Below, one piece after another: positions 10,806 through 17,416 of a stretch of DNA of 32,000 nt. The position numbers and the translations under genes were made by a program. The notes under the pieces were generated by a model. That model saw only the letters and a list, made by a program, of their open reading frames with translations, searched no databases and was not told where the DNA came from. The stretch is from Candidatus Electrothrix sp. GW3-4 (GTDB taxonomy: Bacteria; Desulfobacterota; Desulfobulbia; Desulfobulbales; Desulfobulbaceae): contig NZ_CP147990.1 in assembly GCF_037902255.1 (NCBI RefSeq), forward strand, positions 2,790,001 through 2,822,000. Reading direction: 5' to 3'. How positions within the stretch are numbered: the stretch's first letter is position 1; each line of letters starts with the position of its first letter.

Positions 10806-10937
10806 GGGAGGTGTTTTGCGATGTTTTTCATGCCCGGCGTTGAAACACCGGGCTATTTTCGGCAGTCCCTCCGGGACGCTGTTTTCCGAATGCCCCACCC
10901 CTGAAGGGAATATCCCCGGTAACGGTGGGCAGGCATC

Positions 10938-11252
10938 TTAATCAAGGTAGGAACAACAATAATCGGTCACCGTGCCGATCTTAATACCGAATTTAGAATT
11001 CGCAGGCACCTCAAAGGACTCCCCAGGTGCAATGATCTGCCATTCCTCAGAACCGGGCAGCAATACCGTCACCTCACCACTGAGGATCTCCATGAGCTCC
11101 TTTTTCTCGGTACCGAACTCGTACTCACCAGGCATCATGATCCCCAAGGTCTTAGTGCTCCCGTCGGCAAAGGTAACAACCCGGCTGGTTACCTTGCCAT
11201 CATAGTAAATATTCGCAGCCTTTTTGACCGTTACATCATTAAACTCTGTCAT
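10938..11252 (-). CDS. ppnP: Pyrimidine/purine nucleoside phosphorylase PpnP (DUF1255 cupin)
   Basis: MTEFNDVTVKKAANIYYDGKVTSR...GEYEFGT...E.MEILSGE is the typical PpnP/YaiE pattern. ATG 11252 is preceded by AGGAGA at about 5 nt. The track start at 11267 is probably too long. Confidence 0.8.
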   Translation of the reverse strand: MTEFNDVTVKKAANIYYDGKVTSRVVTFADGSTKTLGIMMPGEYEFGTEKKELMEILSGEVTVLLPGSEEWQIIAPGESFEVPANSKFGIKIGTVTDYCCSYLD

Positions 11253-11284
11253 ATTATCTCCTTGCAAATAACCGTCAGATACTC

Positions 11285-11596
11285 TTAGCGAAGAGTCATG
11301 GTCTCTACCAGCTGCGACTTCATTTGAACACGAATTTTCTCTATCATGGCAGGCTGGATGCTATCCTTCATGAAGTTCTGAGGAACACGCACTGCCATCA
11401 TTTTGGCACGCATCTGATTTTTCAGCAGCCGAGCAGAGTAGTTTTGTATGATCATCTCCTGCTGCATCTCAGCTATTAACTTATCAACTGTTATCGCAGC
11501 GGTGTCAGTTTCCATCTGTACTGCGGAAGCAGAATCAGTCATAACAAAACTGCCAGCCGCCAGTCCGAGTGCTAATATCATTATTATCTTTCTCAT
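11285..11596 (-). CDS. Small secreted Met-rich protein, unknown function
   Basis: 103 aa with a signal peptide (MRKIIMILALGLAAGSFVMTDSASA) and roughly 15 Met residues. The C-terminal half is similar to that of the next gene. Confidence 0.5.
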   Translation of the reverse strand: MRKIIMILALGLAAGSFVMTDSASAVQMETDTAAITVDKLIAEMQQEMIIQNYSARLLKNQMRAKMMAVRVPQNFMKDSIQPAMIEKIRVQMKSQLVETMTLR

Positions 11597-11700
11597 TTTC
11601 CCCCCTCATTTTTATGTAAAAAACCGGAATACTCCGCGTATCGACAATCGCCCGGAGTGTTTCATCAAAAAATTGCCGGTTTAATCATTTGCCTGAGTAC

Positions 11701-12192
11701 TTACTGTTTGAAACGTGCCCGAACCCTTTCAATAATCCCACCACTAAACATCGGTATCGTACTCACTTGAATTTTTCTTCTTACTTCCTGTGACATATGA
11801 GGTTGAATAATCGGCATACACAATTCCTGATTATGAGAAATAATATCATTGGTAATATTACCCATCACCTGGTTCCTCATTTTACCCATCAAATGGATCG
11901 GGATATCGCGTTGCCCAAGGTACTTCCGTAATAATGGCTTCTCCTGGATAGCCATTGCTACTGCCAACTGATTTCGTTCCTCAGGTGTTAAGGCATCAAG
12001 CCCTTTTTGTTCTTTCATAAGCCGTATATGCCGCTCTGCCATCTTATCCATAATTGTATCACGATCCTGCTGGGGCAAGGCCTGAAGGGCCTGTTCAAAC
12101 ATCTGCGTTGCGGAATGAGCCGTAACAGGTACCGTCATCAGGAAAGTACCAACAACCACTATAGCAAGGACAGAACCAAGTCTTCGTTTCAT
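11701..12192 (-). CDS. Secreted Met-rich periplasmic protein, possibly Spy/CpxP-like
   Basis: 163 aa with a signal peptide (MKRRLGSVLAIVVVGTFLMTVPVTAHS). The LTPEERNQL motif is reminiscent of the LTxxQ motifs of CpxP/Spy. The family call is weak. Confidence 0.5.
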   Translation of the reverse strand: MKRRLGSVLAIVVVGTFLMTVPVTAHSATQMFEQALQALPQQDRDTIMDKMAERHIRLMKEQKGLDALTPEERNQLAVAMAIQEKPLLRKYLGQRDIPIHLMGKMRNQVMGNITNDIISHNQELCMPIIQPHMSQEVRRKIQVSTIPMFSGGIIERVRARFKQ

Positions 12193-12382
12193 TTCTTCCT
12201 CCTTAGTTGAAAAATAGCCTTCTGCTCAAACGAATAAGAGCAAAAACGCCTGTGAATAAAAAAACGCTATGCACTCAGAATTCCCTCTCCTCAAACGAAT
12301 GAGAATCTTTCTCCAATGCATATCTTTTTTTTCTATCACCAACAGGGGGTGGTGTATAGTTTTTTTTATTTTTTCTCCAAAA

Positions 12383-12420
12383 GAAAAAAAGGGCGCTATC
12401 TTCCTCAGAAAATAGCGCCC
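12383..12420 (-). terminator. Rho-independent terminator downstream of the 12519-12929 gene
   Basis: gggcgctat (12391-12399) pairs with atagcgccc (12412-12420). On the minus strand the hairpin is followed by a T-run (complement of the A-run 12383-12390). Confidence 0.6.
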
Positions 12421-12518
12421 TCTCAGCAAGCAATGTTTAAAGCAAAGCCTTTTCCAGCAGCCGTCCTTACCCCTTTCCTGTTCCCGACGAAGTATGGCGG
12501 TGAATATCGCTAGTACAG

Positions 12519-12929
12519 TCAGGCGCAAATTACCCTATTCTTTCTGGAGCCGCTTTCCCGTTCTTTACAAGGTAGTTTGCTGTGAAAAGTAGCGCAAGAC
12601 TTACGCCGCACTGTACTAGTCCGGGTGCCGCCCGCCATTTCGTACTCGCTGCTGTCCTTGCCGAACTTGCCCGCGACCCCGGCTAACATCCGCGATGACC
12701 ACTCATTGACTTTCTTCTCCGCCGCCTTCAGCTCATTGGCCTTATTATCCAGCAAAGCAAGCAGGGTGTTGTATTCATCAAGGATAGTTTCGGCAGCTGC
12801 GATCTCGGCTTCATAGGCGGGCAGGGTGAGCGGGCCGCCTAATGCCAGGTTCGGGTCTATCGCCTTGATGCCAGCGGCACGCTGTAGCGCCTTGACAATG
12901 ATTTTGGATGCTCTGCGTTTAAAGGCCAT
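12519..12929 (-). CDS. Hypothetical coiled-coil-like protein
   Basis: ATG 12929 is preceded by GGAGGAAAGATC. The protein starts MAFKRRASKIIVKALQRAAG and contains SEYEMAGGTR. The track ORF extends to 13082 without RBS support. No family recognised. Confidence 0.45.
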   Translation of the reverse strand: MAFKRRASKIIVKALQRAAGIKAIDPNLALGGPLTLPAYEAEIAAAETILDEYNTLLALLDNKANELKAAEKKVNEWSSRMLAGVAGKFGKDSSEYEMAGGTRTSTVRRKSCATFHSKLPCKERESGSRKNRVICA

Positions 12930-13557
12930 GATCTTTCCTCCGTGAAAAAAAAGTTTTTTCCAGCAGTCAAGGAGCGAACAGACATGCGCAGTCCGTCCAC
13001 TGCCCTGTAAAAACAGATTGTACACCTCTGAAGATTGGTTGCAGGAACCTGCAACTTCCCTGTGGACATCCGAATAGTCCAACGTGGCATGCCGAGGGAA
13101 GATCTAAACGTATGTAACTCTTCTCTGAGAGCTACGAGGAATGGTTTCTGACCTACATACGTCGTCTCGGAGAGCTGCGAGGAGACTGTCAGACCAGCAA
13201 ATCATCCAGAGCAGAGCTTCTCACGAGCTTTCGGAGGTACACATGCTGCCTCGTACCAGTCCGAGGTGCGTTCTGCAGGAACAAAAACCGCAGAGGGGCG
13301 CTGCGTTCCTGGGTGCAAAGGTTGGAAAGGCGATTATCTTCCTTCCTTTTCTTTAACGCAGTTGCACAATATTGCAAGAGAAAAATAGAGAGGACGTTCC
13401 ATTTAAGCTACTGGCGGACTTGAAGGAACCTTTTTACTGCATGGACAAGGGTTGTTGTGTTATACTTTAATCCATCAGAAAAAAACTTATTTATATTTTC
13501 GGTGAAAAAGTCTATGGAGCCGATTATCACCACTCTTGCGGCAGCCGGTGCTTGTTC

Positions 13558-13673
13558 ACCCCCTTCGGGGTAGGGATATTGCAGGACGTTAACAATATGC
13601 CCAGATCCCTGAGCAGGATAAAACCCGAGCCCTGAAAGGGTTCAGGGCTAATAGCCCAAGGTCATCACCTTGG
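13558..13673 (+). repeat. Diverged copy (A) of the multi-hairpin repeat family, 22 nt upstream of DGR target 1
   Basis: Shares three hairpin modules with copies B and C. These are cccc(c)ttcgggg, ccctgaaaggg (extended here to agccctgaa/ttcagggct) and cccaaggtcatcaccttgg. The last stem carries a compensatory g>a / c>t pair relative to cccagggtcaccaccctgg. Confidence 0.6.
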
Positions 13674-13694
13674 TGTATACAATTTATAACCGTC

Positions 13695-14426
13695 ATGCAT
13701 AACGAAGAACCTACCATCCAACTCCCCTCCGGCCCGGTTATTGAACTGAGGTACGTCCAGGGCGGAAAATTTATGATGGGGGATGACAAAAGTGAATATG
13801 GTGACGAGAAGCCTGCCCATCCGGTCAGACTGTCAGATTTTTACCTCGGCAAGTTCCCGGTCACTCAGGAGGTCTGGCAGGCAGTAATGAATAACAATCC
13901 CTCCAGCTTTAAAGGTGAACACCGTCCGGTGGAAACTGTCTCCTGGGAAGATGCACAGGAGTTTCTTGCCCGGCTCAATCAGCAGACCGGCAGGGTCTTT
14001 CGTCTGCCTACAGAAGCGGAATGGGAATACGCGGCCCAAGGCGGCAGGCACAGTGAGGGGTATATCTATGCAGGCAGCGATCGATTGAAACAGGTGGGCT
14101 GGTATGAGAAAAACAGCGGCGATGAGACCCATGAGGTCGGTCTGCTGTATGACAATGAACTGGGCCTGTACGACATGAGCGGCAATGTCTGGGAGTGGTG
14201 TCAGGACTGGTTTTCCAAGGAATACTACGTAGCATGCCATCAACAGGGAACCGTGGACAATCCCCAGGGGCCTGACACCGGGTCGTACCGCGTTCTGCGC
14301 GGCGGCGGCTGGATCTACTACCCGGTGGGCTGCCGTTCCATCTATCGGAGCAGCAACCCGCCGGTGTATCGGCACCACCACATCGGCTTCCGCCTTGCCC
14401 TCCCCTCCCAGTCAGCTGGAAGCTAA
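13695..14426 (+). CDS. DGR target protein 1, FGE-sulfatase (SUMF1) / C-type-lectin-fold domain protein
   Basis: 243 aa. RLPTEAEWEYAAQGG, NVWEWCQDW and the C-terminal RVLRGGGW....GFRLA are hallmarks of the FGE/CLec fold. No signal peptide. The last 44 codons are VR1. Confidence 0.92.
   Translation: MHNEEPTIQLPSGPVIELRYVQGGKFMMGDDKSEYGDEKPAHPVRLSDFYLGKFPVTQEVWQAVMNNNPSSFKGEHRPVETVSWEDAQEFLARLNQQTGRVFRLPTEAEWEYAAQGGRHSEGYIYAGSDRLKQVGWYEKNSGDETHEVGLLYDNELGLYDMSGNVWEWCQDWFSKEYYVACHQQGTVDNPQGPDTGSYRVLRGGGWIYYPVGCRSIYRSSNPPVYRHHHIGFRLALPSQSAGS
14280..14411 (+). repeat. DGR variable repeat VR1
   Basis: 132 nt aligned without gaps to TR (offset 1762). There are 13 mismatches, all at TR adenines: 16048, 16069, 16078, 16081, 16090, 16091, 16105, 16112, 16115, 16127, 16129, 16135 and 16141. 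Confidence 0.95.
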
Positions 14427-14531
14427 TCCTGGTTTCCCGTGAGCAAAAGAGCAAGCGAGTGGAGCAACGGCTGCAAAGAGGCGAGGGACGAGCCGACAGC
14501 AACCGCAGCGTAGCGAGGCGGCAAGGGGGGT

Positions 14532-14548
14532 TCGGGGCGCAGCCCCGA
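14532..14548 (+). other. GC-rich hairpin in the conserved post-VR1 segment
   Basis: tcggggc-gca-gccccga: 7-bp stem, 3-nt loop. An identical copy lies after VR2. Confidence 0.5.
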
Positions 14549-14573
14549 TGAATTTTTTATCGGATAAGCGACA

Positions 14574-15026
14574 ATGCAAATTAAACTTTTCACCATTCCA
14601 ATCCACGGAGGAGAGCAGCTCTGTGAAGCAATGAATCGATTTCTGCGTTCCAAAAAAATCCTCCAGACAGAAAGCCGTCTTGTGAGTACTGTCGAGGGAA
14701 GTTTCTGGTGCTTTTGCATCAGATATCTTGCCGAAAATCAGCAGACAGACAAGCGAAGAAAGATTGATTACCGTGCAGTATTGGACAGCGGCAGTTTTCA
14801 ACGTTTTGCCGCAATGCGGGAAATCCGAAAAAAACTGGCGCAGCAGGAGGGCATCCCGGCATACGCTGTCTTCACCGATGCCGAGCTGGCTGAACTGGCC
14901 CGGATTGAGCACCTTACCTTGGCGGATCTGCGCGGGGTGCATGGCATTGGCGCTGCCAAGGTGGAAAAATACGGAGCGCATTTCACCGCGCAGGAGAACA
15001 ATGAAACGGGCAAGCCGACTGCTTGA
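14574..15026 (+). CDS. DGR accessory protein with C-terminal HRDC domain
   Basis: 150 aa. FAAMREIRKKLAQQEGIPAYAVFTDAELAELARIEHLTLADLRGVHGIGAAKVEKYG matches the HRDC consensus of RecQ/RNase D. The ORF overlaps the RT start by 26 nt. Confidence 0.85.
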   Translation: MQIKLFTIPIHGGEQLCEAMNRFLRSKKILQTESRLVSTVEGSFWCFCIRYLAENQQTDKRRKIDYRAVLDSGSFQRFAAMREIRKKLAQQEGIPAYAVFTDAELAELARIEHLTLADLRGVHGIGAAKVEKYGAHFTAQENNETGKPTA

Positions 15027-16038
15027 GCGGATTGCCGAGCCTGACAATCTGCGCCTGGCCTTCTGGAAGGCCCGCAAGGGCAAAAGTCTGTCCACCCAGA
15101 TGCAGGCCTATCAAAACAGGTTGGAGCACAACCTGCTTCTCCTGCGGGGACAGATTTTGTCAGGAAAAATTTCAATCGGCGCGTACTCCTGCTTTGCAAT
15201 CCATGACCCCAAGAAACGACGGATCTGCGCGGCTCCGTTCACCGAGCAAGTGCTTCATCATGCCCTGATGAATGTCTGCCATTATCATTTTGAGACAAAG
15301 CAGATCTATGATAGCTATGCCAGCCGTCCCGGCAAAGGGACCCATGCCGCAGTCAGGCGGACGCAGATGTTCTCCGGCGCCTCTTCCTGGTTTCTCAAGC
15401 TGGATGTCCGCAAGTTTTTTGCCAGCATTCATCACGGCTGCCTGAAAGAGCAACTGAGGAGGATGTTCAAGGATCATCATTTGCTTGGTCTGCTGGATAC
15501 TATTATTGACAGCTATGAAGACAGCCCCGGGCGCGGCCTGCCGATCGGCAATCTGTCCAGTCAGTATTTTGCCAATCATTATCTGGCAGGACTTGATCAT
15601 TTTATCAAAGAGCAGCTCCGCTGTCGGGCATACATCCGCTACATGGACGATATGGTCCTGTGGCATAACGACAAGAAACGGCTGAAGGAATGGCATCATC
15701 AGATCAGGGAATTCGTGCGCAACAGGCTGCAATGCGAACTGAAGCCGATCCTGCTCAACCGGACGGAACACGGGGTCCCCTTTCTCGGCTACAGAATCTT
15801 TCCCTTTCATATTCGGCTGCTGCAACGAAGCAAGGCTCGATTTATCCGAAAAATGCGGTATATTGAGCGAAAGTACCAATCCGGCGCATGGAGCGAGCAG
15901 AACTGCCAACGGCACGCCCTGCCGCTTATCGCCTTTACCGCTCTCGCCAATGCCGAGGTCTTCAGAAGAGATGTGATGCAGCGATTGCAAAACGACAGGG
16001 CATCGGACGTGGAAAAAGGAGACGGTTCATTGTCATAA
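15001..16038 (+). CDS. DGR reverse transcriptase
   Basis: ATG 15001 is preceded by AGGAGA. Sequence features are MKRASRLLERIAEPDNLRLAFWKARKGK, LPIGNLSSQYFANHYL (the DGR-specific [I/L/V]GxxxSQ motif) and YIRYMDDMVLW (the catalytic YxDD box). The track start at 14728 is an upstream alternative-codon extension. Confidence 0.93.
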   Translation: MKRASRLLERIAEPDNLRLAFWKARKGKSLSTQMQAYQNRLEHNLLLLRGQILSGKISIGAYSCFAIHDPKKRRICAAPFTEQVLHHALMNVCHYHFETKQIYDSYASRPGKGTHAAVRRTQMFSGASSWFLKLDVRKFFASIHHGCLKEQLRRMFKDHHLLGLLDTIIDSYEDSPGRGLPIGNLSSQYFANHYLAGLDHFIKEQLRCRAYIRYMDDMVLWHNDKKRLKEWHHQIREFVRNRLQCELKPILLNRTEHGVPFLGYRIFPFHIRLLQRSKARFIRKMRYIERKYQSGAWSEQNCQRHALPLIAFTALANAEVFRRDVMQRLQNDRASDVEKGDGSLS

Positions 16039-16041
16039 AAG

Positions 16042-16173
16042 GGGTCGAACCGCGTTCTGCGCGGCGGCAGCTGGATCAACAACCCGGTGAACTGCCGTTC
16101 CATCAATCGGAACAACAACCCGCCGGAGAATCGGAACCACAACATCGGCTTCCGCCTTGCCCTCCCCTCCCAG
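16042..16173 (+). repeat. DGR template repeat (TR)
   Basis: Starts 4 nt after the RT stop. It contains 29 adenines, mostly in AAC/AAT codons when read in the VR frame (GSNRVLRGGSWINNPVNCRSINRNNNPPENRNHNIGFRLALPSQ). The 3' part (16145-16171) is adenine-free and identical in TR, VR1 and VR2. Confidence 0.95.
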
Positions 16174-16272
16174 CTCACGGGAAAGCCGGATAGCTTCCAC
16201 TGAACAGACAATGATCCTGTTCCCGGCCTGGACGGCGGGACAAAAAGGCAGCCGGGTTGCCGGTTGCATCAG

Positions 16273-16318
16273 GCGGCAGTGTCAGTAGCCCTGGGCGAAA
16301 GCTCTGCCGCTGTTTTTC
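16273..16318 (+). terminator. Candidate intrinsic terminator / 3' structure of the RT-TR transcript
   Basis: gcggcag (16273-16279) pairs with ctgccgc (16304-16310), with an inner agc/gct pairing, followed by tgtttttc. An 8-bp hairpin gcagccgg-gttg-ccggttgc lies just upstream at 16248-16267. Confidence 0.4.
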
Positions 16319-16338
16319 ATCAGACAAAGGATAGCGTG

Positions 16339-17070
16339 ATGGACAACGACAATCTTATCATCCAACTCCCCTCCGGCCCGGTTATTGAACTGAGGTACGT
16401 CCAGGGCGGAAAATTTATGATGGGGGATGACAACGCGAAAGACGATAACGAGAAACCGGCTCATCCGGTCAGACTGTCAGATTTTTACCTCGGCAAGTTC
16501 CCGGTCACTCAGGAGGTCTGGCAGGCAGTAATGAATAACAATCCCTCCAGCTTTAAAGGTGAACACCGTCCGGTGGAAACTGTCTCCTGGGAAGATGCAC
16601 AGGAGTTTCTTGCCCGGCTCAATCAGCAGACCGGCAGGGTCTTTCGTCTGCCTACAGAAGCGGAATGGGAATACGCGGCCCAAGGCGGCAGGCACAGTGA
16701 GGGGTATATCTATGCAGGCAGCGATCGATTGAAACAGGTGGGCTGGTATGAGAAAAACAGCGGCGATGAGACCCATGAGGTCGGTCTGCTGTATGACAAT
16801 GAACTGGGCCTGTACGACATGAGCGGCAATGTCTGGGAGTGGTGTCAGGACTGGTTTTCCAAGGAATACTACGTAGCATGCCATCAACAGGGAACCGTGG
16901 ACAATCCCCAGGGGCCTGACACCGGGTCGCACCGCGTTCTGCGCGGCGGCAGCTGGCTCAGCTACCCGGTGGACTGCCGTTCCATCGATCGGCTCATCAG
17001 CCCGCCGGAGTATCGGGACCACGACCTCGGCTTCCGCCTTGCCCTCCCCTCCCAGTCAGCTGGAAGCTAA
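16339..17070 (+). CDS. DGR target protein 2, FGE-sulfatase / C-type-lectin-fold domain protein (paralog of target 1)
   Basis: 243 aa from ATG 16339 (MDNDNLIIQLPSGPV). The protein is identical to target 1 between HPVRLSDFY and GPDTGS. The C-terminus is VR2. The track start at 16264 is an unsupported extension. Confidence 0.92.
   Translation: MDNDNLIIQLPSGPVIELRYVQGGKFMMGDDNAKDDNEKPAHPVRLSDFYLGKFPVTQEVWQAVMNNNPSSFKGEHRPVETVSWEDAQEFLARLNQQTGRVFRLPTEAEWEYAAQGGRHSEGYIYAGSDRLKQVGWYEKNSGDETHEVGLLYDNELGLYDMSGNVWEWCQDWFSKEYYVACHQQGTVDNPQGPDTGSHRVLRGGSWLSYPVDCRSIDRLISPPEYRDHDLGFRLALPSQSAGS
16924..17055 (+). repeat. DGR variable repeat VR2
   Basis: 132 nt aligned without gaps to TR (offset 882). There are 14 mismatches, all at TR adenines: 16048, 16075, 16079, 16081, 16090, 16105, 16111, 16112, 16115, 16118, 16129, 16135, 16141 and 16144. 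Confidence 0.95.
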
Positions 17071-17172
17071 TCCTGGTTTCCCGTGAGCAAAAGAGCAAGC
17101 GAGTGGAGCAACGGCTGCAAAGAGGCGAGGGACGAGCCGACAGCAACCGCAGCGTAGCGAGGCGGCAGGGGT

Positions 17173-17189
17173 TCGGGGCGCAGCCCCGA
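17173..17189 (+). other. GC-rich hairpin in the conserved post-VR2 segment
   Basis: The same tcggggc-gca-gccccga hairpin as at 14532-14548. Confidence 0.5.
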
Positions 17190-17258
17190 TGAATTTTTCT
17201 TCTCACGAATGGGTGGTATGAATCAGCTCAGAATCGTCACCCTGGTTATCCAACCGAT

Positions 17259-17381
17259 GCTTGGGATGGTATCCCAAGCTGAGATGCAGAACCCCTGCGG
17301 GGTAACGGGCAGGTGCTACATCCGAACCAAGCAAAGGAACCCTGAAAGGGTTCCTGATATCAGCCCAGGGTCACCACCCTG
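17259..17381 (+). repeat. Multi-hairpin repeat copy B, 36 nt upstream of the Y1 transposase gene
   Basis: Hairpins in order: gcttgggat-ggt-atcccaagc, cccc-tgc-gggg, gaaccct-gaa-agggttc and cccaggg-tcacca-ccctg. By eye about 85-90 percent identical to copy C, in the same orientation. Confidence 0.75.
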
Positions 17382-17416
17382 CCCTGAGCCTATACCGATA
17401 AAGGGAATCAAACGCC

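Larger units (their letters stand above)
13695..17198 (+). mobile_element. Diversity-generating retroelement cassette: target1(VR1)-HRDC accessory-RT-TR-target2(VR2)
   Basis: The 132-nt TR matches the 3' ends of two paralogous genes, with mismatches only at TR adenines. The RT carries the DGR-type IGNLSSQ motif and YMDD. An HRDC accessory ORF overlaps the RT start. Confidence 0.95.

Noticed and set aside
10806-10937. Cobalamin riboswitch upstream of cbiG
   Set aside because: The spacer is only about 130 nt. I could not find the B12-box/GCCACUG core or the GGUG..AAUCC pattern on the minus strand, only a generic hairpin (cccggtg-tttcaa-cgccggg).
12226-12528. 100-aa minus ORF and 65-aa plus ORF across the poly-A/T region and terminator
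   Set aside because: They cover homopolymer-rich, low-complexity intergenic DNA containing the terminator hairpin. There is no RBS or recognisable motif.
13790-13817. The diverged N-terminal patch of the two targets as a second DGR variable region
   Set aside because: The substitutions are not restricted to adenine-templated positions, synonymous changes are present, and no matching second TR exists in the window.
14728-15000. 5' extension of the RT ORF (track start 14728) and of target 2 (track start 16264)
   Set aside because: The extensions overlap the HRDC gene or the TR spacer in another frame and lack an RBS. The internal ATGs at 15001 and 16339 have Shine-Dalgarno sequences and match family N-termini.
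13833-17022. Minus-strand ORFs antisense to the DGR genes (13833-14381, 14008-14502, 14412-15095, 15172-15990, 16477-17022)
   Set aside because: Each lies opposite a plus-strand gene with strong family motifs. The two 181/182-aa copies are identical only because the target genes are duplicated.
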